In this document: positions 19,255-28,290 of the stretch, in pieces
Layout of the letters: the number at the start of each line of letters is the position of its first letter
Position numbering within the stretch: position 1 is the stretch's first letter
NCBI GenBank assembly: GCA_965205485.1
Contig: OZ242180.1
Span: 2,880,001-2,944,000 of the forward strand
Direction: 5' to 3'
Length of the DNA stretch: 64,000 nt
Source of the DNA: Candidatus Latescibacterota bacterium
GTDB lineage: Bacteria > Latescibacterota > UBA2968 > GCA-2709665
The notes under the pieces: generated by a model
What the model was told of the DNA's origin: nothing
The model's database searches: none
Seen by the model: the letters and a program-made list of their open reading frames with translations, nothing else
Program-made: the position numbers and the translations under genes

Positions 19255-20715
19255 TCATCCCCAGCGGCTGATGGTCACTTTCTGACGGGTGAAGAAGGAG
19301 ACCCCTTCGTGGCCCTGAACATGCAGGTCGCCGAAGAAGGAGTTGTTCCAGCCGGAGAACGGAAAAAATGCCATAGGCGCAGGAACGCCGGTGTTGATAC
19401 CCACCATGCCGGCGTTGATGCGGTGGCGGAACCTGCGCGCGGCGCCTCCGCTTTCGGTAAAGAGGACTGCGGCGTTGCCGTAACCGCTGTTGTTGCAGGT
19501 CTCGATGGCGCCATCCAGGTCGTCCGTGTGCATCACAGACAGAACTGGGCCGAAGATTTCCTCGCAGGCGATCTGCATTCCGGGCGTAACCCGGTCGAAG
19601 ATGGTCGGCCCCAGGTAAAAGCCGTTGGGGCAGGTGTCCACAGCCACGTCGCGTCCGTCCACGATCAGAACGGCGCCCTCGGAAAGGCCGGTCCGGATAG
19701 AGCCCCTCACCCTTTCGAGGTGCTCGGGGGAAACGAGCGGTCCCATCTCTGCATCCGCATCCCGGTCGGTGGGACCGACGCGCAGACCGCGCGCGGCATC
19801 GCGGAGACGCGGGAGAAACCGCTCGGCGGCGTCGTGAGCGCACACGAGAACGCTGCCCGCCATGCACCGCTCACCGGCGCAGCCGTACGCGGAACCCATA
19901 ACCGCATCGATCGTAGCGTCCGGTTCGGCGTCGGGTAGGACGATCATAAAGTTCTTGGCGCCCCCCGCGGACTGCACCCGCTTGCCGTTGCGCGTCGCAG
20001 TCTCATAGATGTACCGGGCAACAGGCGTGGAACCGACGAAGGACACGGTGCGCACGTCCGGATGATGCAGCAGCGCGTTCACGGCGTCACGGCCGCCATG
20101 CACGAGGTTCAGGACCCCTCGGGGGAGTCCGGCTTCCGCCAGGAGCTCCACCATGCGGATGGCGCTGAGCGGCACCTTTTCGGAGGGCTTGAGTACGAAC
20201 GTGTTTCCGCAGACGAGGGCGACAGGCAGGGTCCAGAGCGGTACCATGATGGGAAAGTTGAACGGTGTGATGGCCGCGCACACGCCCAGGGGTTGGCGGA
20301 TCGTGTCGCAGTCGATATTCGGCGCGATGTTTTCCAGGGCTTCGCCCATCAGCAGCGAGGGCGCCCCGCACGCGAATTCCACGACTTCGATGCCGCGCCG
20401 GACGGAGCCCCTTGCCTCGTCGAGGGTCTTGCCGTGTTCACGGGTGACGATCCGGGAGAGTTCTTCAAAGTGTTTTTCCAGGAGTTCCTTGAACCGGAAC
20501 ATGAGCCGGGCGCGGTCGACGGCTGGGGTTTCGGACCAGTCCGGGAACGCAGCGCCCGCGGCCGTTACGGCGCGGTCAACTTCATCTGCGCCGCACATGG
20601 GCGTCGCAGAGATCTGTATCCCTTCCGACGGGTTGTACACCGGTTCCGTCCCATTGCGGCCGGATTCGACCCATTCCCCGTTGATGAACAGCGGACAGGG
20701 CTCGATTGCGGGCAT
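19255..20715 (-). CDS. mmsA: CoA-acylating methylmalonate-semialdehyde dehydrogenase
   Basis: ITPFNFP, KPSE, SFVGSTP, GGAKN, GCAGERCMA, EEIFGPVL, PAPMAFFPFSGW..SFFGDLH. Confidence 0.9.
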   Translation of the reverse strand: MPAIEPCPLFINGEWVESGRNGTEPVYNPSEGIQISATPMCGADEVDRAVTAAGAAFPDWSETPAVDRARLMFRFKELLEKHFEELSRIVTREHGKTLDEARGSVRRGIEVVEFACGAPSLLMGEALENIAPNIDCDTIRQPLGVCAAITPFNFPIMVPLWTLPVALVCGNTFVLKPSEKVPLSAIRMVELLAEAGLPRGVLNLVHGGRDAVNALLHHPDVRTVSFVGSTPVARYIYETATRNGKRVQSAGGAKNFMIVLPDAEPDATIDAVMGSAYGCAGERCMAGSVLVCAHDAAERFLPRLRDAARGLRVGPTDRDADAEMGPLVSPEHLERVRGSIRTGLSEGAVLIVDGRDVAVDTCPNGFYLGPTIFDRVTPGMQIACEEIFGPVLSVMHTDDLDGAIETCNNSGYGNAAVLFTESGGAARRFRHRINAGMVGINTGVPAPMAFFPFSGWNNSFFGDLHVQGHEGVSFFTRQKVTISRWG

Positions 20716-20820
20716 TGCGGAATCTCCTGTTGATTGCATAGTCGCCGGACGTGGGGACACACGGATTCGGAGCTGTCGTCCGTCGGTTCAGTTTGCCAGT
20801 GACGTGTAGATAAAGCCGTC

Positions 20821-21564
20821 TCAGGTTTCGACGGTATCCGGTCGTCGTCCAACGGATGGGGGCGCCATGAGACGCTGCTGCTGGTCCGTCAAGCCCCTGT
20901 ATTCCCCTGGGTCGTAATATCCCTGGGACCACGCCGAGTGCCCTGGGCTATACTTGTAAAGCAGGGCCCGGCGGTCGTGGTCGGCCGTCCAGGGCTTCGT
21001 CCCGTGGATTAGGGCCTCCGTGAAGATGAGCGCGTCGCCGGCGTCCGCTTCGGGCTGTACCACGTAATGGGCGTCGCGTTCGAAGCGCCGCACGTCCCTT
21101 GGCAGCCGATCGATGAAGTTGGACTTGTGGCTTCCGGGGATGCAGGCGAACCCGCCGTCTCCCGGCCCCGCGGGGGAGAGAAAGTAGGTAACCACCGTAA
21201 GTCCGTTGCGCATCACTCCGTCCCGATATTTGTACCAGTGGTCCGCCTCGCTGTCGGTTTCGCCGCCGTGAAGCCCGCCTCGCGCCGCCCCTTTCCTCAT
21301 GAATATGCAGTAGTCGTGGTCGATACGGAATTTGGGGCCGAGCAAATCGATCAGGTACGGCACGATCTTATGGTGGTCCATCAGTGCTTGAAATCCAGGG
21401 CCCCATTGAGAGATGCGGCTGATCGTACTCGTGCCCGGGTCGCCGTTTTCGGCAGCGAACCGGTCCGCAACCGCGTTCAACGACGTCATCTCGTCTGCGG
21501 TGAGTACGTCCTTTACAACCAGGTAGCCTTCCAGGTCGAAGGTGAATTTTTCTTCGTCAGTCAC
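20821..21564 (-). CDS. Phytanoyl-CoA dioxygenase (PhyH)-family Fe/2OG enzyme
   Basis: GTG start after AGGGAG; FDLEGYLVV, LHGG, IPGSHK, AGDALIFTEALIHG, RR. Confidence 0.85.
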   Translation of the reverse strand: MTDEEKFTFDLEGYLVVKDVLTADEMTSLNAVADRFAAENGDPGTSTISRISQWGPGFQALMDHHKIVPYLIDLLGPKFRIDHDYCIFMRKGAARGGLHGGETDSEADHWYKYRDGVMRNGLTVVTYFLSPAGPGDGGFACIPGSHKSNFIDRLPRDVRRFERDAHYVVQPEADAGDALIFTEALIHGTKPWTADHDRRALLYKYSPGHSAWSQGYYDPGEYRGLTDQQQRLMAPPSVGRRPDTVET

Positions 21565-21631
21565 GGTCGCACTCCCTGTTTTCAATTCTGGCGTTGTCGT
21601 GTACGCGTGGGCCCATTCTTCCTCGCGCCGG

Positions 21632-23075
21632 TCAGTGGACCCGGAAGGCCGCCGCCTCGCCAGGCACCGGGGAGTTGTCGAAGGCGCCCCTGTTCCGAAC
21701 GGCGTCTTCGCCGCCGAAAGATGCGATTTTCGCCAGTTGGTCCGCCTTGGCGCGCGCATCCGTGGCTTCGGGGTCCAGAAGTTCGCGCAGCCGCCGCTCG
21801 AAATGAGCGAGTGTGGATCGATGGTCCGGAGAACCAGAGAGGTCGACTGTTTCTGTCGGATCGTCTTCAAGGTTGAATAGCTGTGGCGGCTCACCCACGT
21901 AGTGTATGTACTTCCAGGTTCGATCGCGGAGCATGTATGCGGCATTGCGGGACCCGACGGCGTGGTACTCGCTGAAAACGGTCCGAATTTCGTCGGCGCT
22001 CCGGGCGATCTGCCAGAGGGAATGGCCGGGCAGGCGCTGGCGTTCGTACGCGGCGCCGGCGCATTCAAGCACCGTGGGATAGCAGTCCACCAGGGAAACG
22101 GGCGTATGGGCGACCCTGCCCTGAGGTACGTCGGGCCCGGCCAGGATGAGCGGGACTGACGCGGCTTCCTCGTACATCGTGAATTTTCCGAACAAACCGC
22201 GGGCGCCCAGGGATTCACCATGATCCGACGTATAGAGGATCCGGGTCGTATCGGTCAAATTGTGGTTCTTGAGCGCGTTCAGGACGCGGCCGATCTGTCG
22301 GTCGAGGTGCGTGCAGGCTCCGTAATAGGCCGCCGTGACGTTTCGCAGTTCGCTTTCGCAAAAGCCACGATCGTAGTGGAAAAACCGGCGGAAGCGCCGA
22401 ATGGCGGGGTGATCGGGCCAATCGTCCGAATGCCACTGGGCGGGCAGGGGGAGGGATTCCGGCGGGTAGGATTCAAAGAGCCCCGGCGGCGCGATGTAGG
22501 GCGGATGCGGGCAGACGAACGACAAGAATAACACCCATGGCTTCTCGTCGTTGCGATGCTCTGCCAGCCAGGCGCATGCGCGGTCGGCGTTCGAGATGTC
22601 GTACTGAAGATAGGTGGAATCTCCGGCGCCGGCGTTGAGGATAGCGGAACGCTTGTCGCGAAACGGCGGGTTTCCCCGGATACAACTCAATATATCACCC
22701 ACGCCGTCCACGACGTGCAGCGGGTCGATCTCCTGTGAAAAGCCGTTGGCGTCATTCGCTGTGCGGAAGTGCAGTTTACCGATGGAGGCGACCTGAAATC
22801 CCTGCTCCCCGAGACGATGGCCCCAACTGGATACGCTGCCATCGTAGGCGAACGCGTTGTCCCAGTTGCCCGTCTGATGGACGTATCGCCCGGTGGCCAG
22901 CGCGGCGCGCGCGGGCACGCAGATGGGACAGTTCGTATACGCGTTGGTGAAGCGGGTGCCCCGCCGGGCGAGACTGTCGATGTTCGGCGTCCGGACGACC
23001 GGGTGTCCGTAGCACCCCGTGATGTCCCGCGTGTGCTGGTCGGAGAGAATGAACAACAGGTTGGCTGGGATTCAT
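21632..23075 (-). CDS. Choline-sulfatase-like sulfatase; the natural ATG (23075) is 1 nt out of frame with the gene body
   Basis: ANLLFILSDQH, CVPAR, GKLH, PHPP, SDHG. First in-frame start in the ORF track is TTG at 23056. Confidence 0.85.
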
Positions 23076-23281
23076 CCGTTGGCTTCCTGATCGGTATCCA
23101 TGTCTACCTGGATCTGATCGGCGGGAATCCATACGACCTTTCCGTCTTGCCAGTCGGCGATTGGATTGCCGCTGTGTTTGTGTCTTAATACGGCATCGCG
23201 CACAGCTTCTCTCAATGCATTGTCAATCGGTGTGCCTTCTTCGAAGATTTGGCTAATGTCTTTTCGAGGCAACTCTTCCAT
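23072..23281 (-). CDS. Small conserved-looking protein, partner of the upstream P-loop ATPase (putative antitoxin-like)
   Basis: 69 aa, ALREAVRDAVLRHKHSGNPIADWQDGKVVWIP; starts 4 nt after the ATPase stop. Confidence 0.7.
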   Translation of the reverse strand: MEELPRKDISQIFEEGTPIDNALREAVRDAVLRHKHSGNPIADWQDGKVVWIPADQIQVDMDTDQEANG

Positions 23282-23285
23282 GATC

Positions 23286-23864
23286 TCATACGTCCCTTCT
23301 GATGCGTTTCCATAGTTCAATATCGCGGACTTCGAGGTCGATAACACCCTTACCCATTGCGACAAGGCGGGGCCCCGAAGTTGCCGCATTGTTGTAAAAG
23401 CGCCAATAATTCGCAATAGGACGATATAACCCGAAGAAATTTCGAAGACCTGAATCGTACCGTCGGCGAATGGTGGTCTCCGGGATATGATGGCCACCTG
23501 CACGGACACGCTCCGCCACCCTGGCAATCGCCATTTCCGGTTTCGGCAACCATAAATAAGCCAGATAAAAGACATATCCATCTTGTTTGAGGCGACTGAT
23601 CCAGGGTGCAAGACCGCGGCTCGCGAGCGTCGACTCAAAGGCGAAATCCGCTCGTCTCGACGCGAGGTCGCGGAGCCGTTGCAACATAACACGGCCCGCC
23701 GGAATAGCCGCTGATTCCGGTCTAAATCCGGAGAGTCCGGCTGCGATGGCATCGGCGTTGACGAATTCGACCAGATGGAGCGTATCCCTCAATAGCCGGG
23801 GTGCTGCCGTGCTCTTGCCCGAACCGTTGGGACCTCCGATCACAACAAGCTGTGGAGTGGACAT
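23286..23864 (-). CDS. Zeta-toxin-like/AAA_33 P-loop ATPase (predicted ABC-type ATPase, COG4185-like)
   Basis: IGGPNGSGKST Walker A, FVNADAIA, FAFESTL, RVAERVRAGGH.IPE..IRRRY. Confidence 0.88.
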   Translation of the reverse strand: MSTPQLVVIGGPNGSGKSTAAPRLLRDTLHLVEFVNADAIAAGLSGFRPESAAIPAGRVMLQRLRDLASRRADFAFESTLASRGLAPWISRLKQDGYVFYLAYLWLPKPEMAIARVAERVRAGGHHIPETTIRRRYDSGLRNFFGLYRPIANYWRFYNNAATSGPRLVAMGKGVIDLEVRDIELWKRIRRDV

Positions 23865-24043
23865 AGCCGTCACAGATTCAGTCTATTGGTAGATGTCTAG
23901 ACCTCCCATGCAGGCGCGTCAGGCAATATAACGGAGCGCATTGCCATTCTGCAAGGGTTTTGCCCACTGAAGAACCTCGCTGTGTGGGCCGTTACCGTGA
24001 AAGTTGACGGAGAGCGCCGCCGGTTCGAAGTGATGATTGACCC

Positions 24044-24072
24044 TTGAAAACGGATATCCGAGAGGCTATATT
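24044..24072 (+). promoter_or_regulatory. Sigma70-like promoter upstream of pdxJ
   Basis: TTGAAA-17 nt-TATATT. Confidence 0.55.
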
Positions 24073-24140
24073 TCCGATTGACTGGAATACTTATGTCGTG
24101 CCGGCCGACCGGAGACCGGCTTCCGCGAAAGGCGGCTCAA

Positions 24141-24869
24141 ATGACCAGACTCAGCGTAAACGTTAACAAGGTGGCGCTGCTGCGTAACACGCGAAACCTA
24201 GGCATCCCGAGCGTGACCCGGGCAGCGCAGGTCTGTATCGATGCCGGAGCATACGGTATTACCGTCCACCCCCGGCCCGACCAGCGCCATGTCAGGCCAT
24301 CAGACGTGTACGAACTGAACGCGCTCGTTTCTGGCGTCGAGTTCAATATCGAGGGGAATCCCTTCGAGGCCGGATACCTGGACATCGTGCGGAGCGTGAA
24401 GCCCACGCAGTGCACGCTGGTACCTGATACGCCGGACGCATTTACGTCCGATCATGGCTGGGACCTTTCGAAGGACGGCGACCGCCTGGTGCCGATCATT
24501 CAGGAACTGAAGGCTTTAGGCAGCCGCGTGAGCCTGTTTATGGACTACGATTCGGATGAGATCCCGCGAGCCGCGCTTGTGGGGGCCGATCGGATCGAGC
24601 TCTACACGGAACCCTATGCGGATGCGTTTCGAGAGAATGAGGATCTGGAGTCGGTGTTTGAGGGATACGCAAGGGCTGCCGCGATCGCTCAGGACGCGGG
24701 CCTTGGCGTCAACGCGGGGCACGATCTGAACCTGGAGAACCTGGGCAGGTTCTGTTCCATTCCCGGCGTACTGGAAGTCTCGATCGGCCACGCGCTCATC
24801 GGCGAAGCGCTGGAAATGGGGCTGGCGAACACGGTAAAGGCGTACCTGGGAATTCTGGCGAAAACGTGA
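24141..24869 (+). CDS. pdxJ: Pyridoxine 5'-phosphate synthase
   Basis: LSVNVNKVALLRN, GITVHPRPDQRH, NIEG, RIELYT, NAGHDL, EVSIGHA. Confidence 0.96.
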   Translation: MTRLSVNVNKVALLRNTRNLGIPSVTRAAQVCIDAGAYGITVHPRPDQRHVRPSDVYELNALVSGVEFNIEGNPFEAGYLDIVRSVKPTQCTLVPDTPDAFTSDHGWDLSKDGDRLVPIIQELKALGSRVSLFMDYDSDEIPRAALVGADRIELYTEPYADAFRENEDLESVFEGYARAAAIAQDAGLGVNAGHDLNLENLGRFCSIPGVLEVSIGHALIGEALEMGLANTVKAYLGILAKT

Positions 24870-24875
24870 CTGTGG

Positions 24876-26057
24876 TCAATGCAGGCCGCCCGCGTGCAGG
24901 TCCATGGAGAGACTGCGGTAGTTTCGAATGCGGTGGATGGTGCAAAGGTCGGAATCGTGCTGATCGCCGGAGTCCCGGCTGGTTCGGGAGAGTACCACGA
25001 TGTCGTCCCCGTCCACGACGGCGCTGGGATACATGAAGCTGCGATAGACGTTGTCGGGCCAACGGGCGACGCAACCGGCCGGGAACCAGTTGAGGCAATC
25101 GATTCCATAGTGCAGATAGAGCCACCGCCGTTCGTTTCCCGGACCTCCGTGATATCCGGTCTCGCGCATTCTTTCCGCCCAACCAAGCAGGTCCTGAGAG
25201 TTGGTAATGAGGTTGCTCAGCATCCAGTACATGGATGCTGAGCGGTCATGGATGATGTAGAATTTACACTGTGCGCCAGGCCACGCAGCGAATTGCGTAA
25301 AGCTCAGTTTGTGCAATTCGGGATCGTAGTCGAAAACCGCGGCAATGTGGGCGGCCGCGTATTCGTCGAAGACACAACGGCAGAACGCCCGGATACGGCC
25401 GCGGACGTCGACGGTGTTGGGCTCCAGCCACACGAGAGGGTCTCTCCAGCCGCCGGATAACTGCGGGCGGTTGCCGTCCGGGAAGAGGTTTCGGGTCATC
25501 GCCGCGGGAATTTCAGGCTGGCGCACGATGTTGGACAGCGTCCATGCTCCCGGATCAAGGGGCGACATGCTCCGATCCAGACGGAGCATTGTCTTGCCGC
25601 CGTGACCAAGGCCGGGCAGGTCGTAGTCCATCGCCCAGTAAAGGGCCTCGGGGCGGAGAACACGGGACGTGGAGATGTTCCAGATGGGGCCTTCGATCAC
25701 GGTCCGGGGATCGCTCCAGGTTTCGCCTCTGTCGTCGCTGGCCACAATTAGAAAGTCCTTGTGGCACTTTTCCTGCACGAACATGAGCAGTCGGCCGTCC
25801 AGCTCGAAAGGGGTGGCCTCTTCGTAAGGCAGGCCCGGGAGTTCCACCCAGTTGAGCCCTCCGTCGTCGCTTCGCAGGAGTCGCAGGCGGCGTGAATAAT
25901 CCCACCCAGGTCGGTGCCATTGCGGGGCTGCCAGCAGCAGCGTGCCGTCGTCCAGGCGGGTCAGGTCGGGGTCGTGAAAAAAGTATTGCACCGGATCCGG
26001 CACCTGAGCGGCAATGACGAAGTCCTGGGCGAGCGGTTGAACGTTGGGATTGGACAT
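24876..26057 (-). CDS. Sialidase-like Asp-box (BNR) beta-propeller protein
   Basis: SDDGGLNW and SDDRGETW Asp-boxes; YPSAVVDGDD. Confidence 0.75.
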   Translation of the reverse strand: MSNPNVQPLAQDFVIAAQVPDPVQYFFHDPDLTRLDDGTLLLAAPQWHRPGWDYSRRLRLLRSDDGGLNWVELPGLPYEEATPFELDGRLLMFVQEKCHKDFLIVASDDRGETWSDPRTVIEGPIWNISTSRVLRPEALYWAMDYDLPGLGHGGKTMLRLDRSMSPLDPGAWTLSNIVRQPEIPAAMTRNLFPDGNRPQLSGGWRDPLVWLEPNTVDVRGRIRAFCRCVFDEYAAAHIAAVFDYDPELHKLSFTQFAAWPGAQCKFYIIHDRSASMYWMLSNLITNSQDLLGWAERMRETGYHGGPGNERRWLYLHYGIDCLNWFPAGCVARWPDNVYRSFMYPSAVVDGDDIVVLSRTSRDSGDQHDSDLCTIHRIRNYRSLSMDLHAGGLH

Positions 26058-26107
26058 TGGGTTACCCGTGTTGAATGGTGAATTGACCCGTTGAATGAGG
26101 AGGCGGT

Positions 26108-26851
26108 ATGGACCAGGAGCAGAAATATCTATTCGACCTGCAGGGTTATATCGTCCTCGAGCAGATCGTGCCCCCGGAAACGGTGGCGGCCTGCAATGAC
26201 GCGCTCGACCGGTTCGAGGCCATGGATCCGGCGGATTACCCTCCCCCGGTCGTATTGGGCCAGGAGCGCTCGCCCGAGAACCTCTATCTATCGAACATCA
26301 TGGAGGGCGACGACGCGTTTCTGCCGCTGATGGAACTTCCTGAATTGCTGGATGCGGTCGAATGCGTAACCGGCGGTCCGTATCGTCTCAACCACACCTA
26401 TACGATCTATCGGTGGGGCGGGGGTTATACGGGGATGCACATGCACGGCACGCCGATCCTCCCCAAATGCCAGTATCACTGCCGCAACGGACAGATGGTG
26501 TCGACGCTGACGAAAGCGGTCTTTCCGATGCTGGACTGCGGGCCGGAAGACGGCTGCTTCGCGGTGATCCCAGGGGCGCACAAGAGCAATTTCCCGAGAC
26601 CCTGGGGCGGCCATCCGGACGACAACCCTCCCCTGCAGGCGGTTGCGGCGCGCGCGGGCGACGCCATTCTGTTTACAGAAGCGCTCACCCACGGCTCAAC
26701 GGTAAACGTCTCCGGACGCCCGCGTCGCTCGCTCTATTATTGCTACAGCATCGGCTATATGCCCGATTGGGGCGGCCAGCACCTGAAATTCAGCCCCGGC
26801 CTGGCCGACCGCCTCAGCCCCTCCCAGCGGGATATCATCTCTCTCAAGTAA
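26108..26851 (+). CDS. PhyH-family Fe/2OG enzyme
   Basis: GAGGAGG RBS; YLFDLQGY, IPGAHKSNF, AGDAILFTEALTHG, RR. Confidence 0.85.
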   Translation: MDQEQKYLFDLQGYIVLEQIVPPETVAACNDALDRFEAMDPADYPPPVVLGQERSPENLYLSNIMEGDDAFLPLMELPELLDAVECVTGGPYRLNHTYTIYRWGGGYTGMHMHGTPILPKCQYHCRNGQMVSTLTKAVFPMLDCGPEDGCFAVIPGAHKSNFPRPWGGHPDDNPPLQAVAARAGDAILFTEALTHGSTVNVSGRPRRSLYYCYSIGYMPDWGGQHLKFSPGLADRLSPSQRDIISLK

Positions 26852-26879
26852 AAACCACGGGCCGGGCTGGTTGAACACG

Positions 26880-27026
26880 GGAAGTAAGAAGGAAGAGGAC
26901 CGCACCGCACCCCGCCAGTCCTGCGCTCAGCTTCCCGTTTCACACATCGAAAGTCCATTCGCCGGCGTCACACACGGAAAAGTTATCGACTCTTCGTTCT
27001 TCCTTCTTCCTTTTTCCTTCTTCATT
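26880..27026. repeat. Heptamer-periodic imperfect inverted repeat between convergent genes
   Basis: GAAGTAAGAAGGAAGAG at 26881 is complementary to a (TTCCTTC)n-like tract at about 26990-27026. Confidence 0.55.
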
Positions 27027-27425
27027 TCATCGTCTCCGCTTATAGGCCTTCCCGTGCCCCTCCCGGATCAGGACTTTCGCGAGGTTGGTACCATCCTGCA
27101 GCCGGACCGTGGCTACGACGCGCCCGCCGAAGCTCCCATGCTTCACGTTTTCCAGGTATACGGTTTTCCCGATCCGCTCCCGGACGAAGTCGCGCGCCAG
27201 CAGTGCGCGTCGTTTCTCCGGCTCGCTCTTCGTCTGAATTTCCGGCGTGTCCACGCCCCGCACGCGCACCTTTCCGCGCCACGTCAATCCCGGCCAGAGC
27301 TCCACGTCAACGGTCATCGTATCCCCATCGTACACGGAAACCACCGTCGCCTCATGCCTGGGAAACAACGATGGTCCTCCTTCGGCTGTGGAAAACAACG
27401 CGATAACAACGAGAATCCATACCAT
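27027..27425 (-). CDS. Thermonuclease (SNase)-family secreted nuclease
   Basis: Hydrophobic N-terminus, VYDGDT, VRVRGVDTPE, GRVVA, LIREG. Confidence 0.88.
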   Translation of the reverse strand: MVWILVVIALFSTAEGGPSLFPRHEATVVSVYDGDTMTVDVELWPGLTWRGKVRVRGVDTPEIQTKSEPEKRRALLARDFVRERIGKTVYLENVKHGSFGGRVVATVRLQDGTNLAKVLIREGHGKAYKRRR

Positions 27426-27577
27426 AACACGCTCCTGAATATGGCTTGAGAAACGGAAACGCAACAGTATATTGCAATCGTACCGGGCTGTCAACTCTCT
27501 GGCGGCTATGCGTACGCGGAGTCCTGTCATCAGTGCCGAAGATGTGATAGAGCCGCCGCAACGAACTTACTCCCCAC

Positions 27578-28282
27578 ATGACCAACATCGAATGGATATT
27601 TCTGGATCTGGGTTGGACGCTGGTTGACGAAACCCGGGCGCACCGGGCGCGTCTTAAGGGCGTGTGCGAGCGTGTCCGGAAGTTCGGATTGAGCCACTCG
27701 GTTGATGACCTCATGCGGTTGTGCGAGCGAGCGGCGACGGATTTCGCATCCAGCCCGTTCCGCGACATGCTGGCGCGCCTCGATCTGACGGAGGAAGAGC
27801 GGCGCGCGGTTGCAAGCGCTGTTCGTTATGCGAAAGAACTGGAAGTCTTGTATCCCTGCGTTCCGGAGATGCTCGAGACGCTCTCGCGGAAATTCAGGCT
27901 TGGCGTCATCGCCAACCAATCCGAAGGGACGGAGAAGCGGCTTTCGGATTGGGGTATACGGGACCGGTTTTCCGTTGTTCTTGCATCCGCTGAACTCGGC
28001 CTTTCCAAGCCCGATTCGAGGATTTTCGGCGCTGCAGTTTCCCGTGCGGGGTGCGCACCCGAAGGCGTATTGATGGTTGGGGACCGGCTCGATAACGACA
28101 TCGGCCCTGCCAGATCTCAGGGATGTATGACCATGCGTGTCTTGCAGGGTTTTTCGCGGTTTCAGACGCCGCGCCGCGCCGCCGAGATTCCCGATTTCAC
28201 GATTTCGTCTATCAGGGAACTCCGTGGCATGCGGTCCGCAATGCGCCTGCGGCCGGGACGGTGCGGCCTGGCCCCGCTTTGA
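27578..28282 (+). CDS. HAD-family hydrolase
   Basis: FLDLGWTL, KPDSRIF, MVGDRLDNDI. Confidence 0.9.
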   Translation: MTNIEWIFLDLGWTLVDETRAHRARLKGVCERVRKFGLSHSVDDLMRLCERAATDFASSPFRDMLARLDLTEEERRAVASAVRYAKELEVLYPCVPEMLETLSRKFRLGVIANQSEGTEKRLSDWGIRDRFSVVLASAELGLSKPDSRIFGAAVSRAGCAPEGVLMVGDRLDNDIGPARSQGCMTMRVLQGFSRFQTPRRAAEIPDFTISSIRELRGMRSAMRLRPGRCGLAPL

Positions 28283-28290
28283 GGATCGTG

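Noticed and set aside
21557..21616. 19-codon ORF (MGPRVHDNARIENRECDRD) with an RBS-like sequence, overlapping the PhyH start
   Set aside because: Too short to support without conservation data, and the PhyH gene has its own RBS.
20821..22221. 466-aa version of the PhyH gene
   Set aside because: The N-terminal extension overlaps the sulfatase in another frame; the likely start is GTG at 21564.
23072..23752. 226-aa ORF overlapping the ATPase
   Set aside because: Only the last 69 codons look protein-like; the rest is an alternative frame of the ATPase gene.
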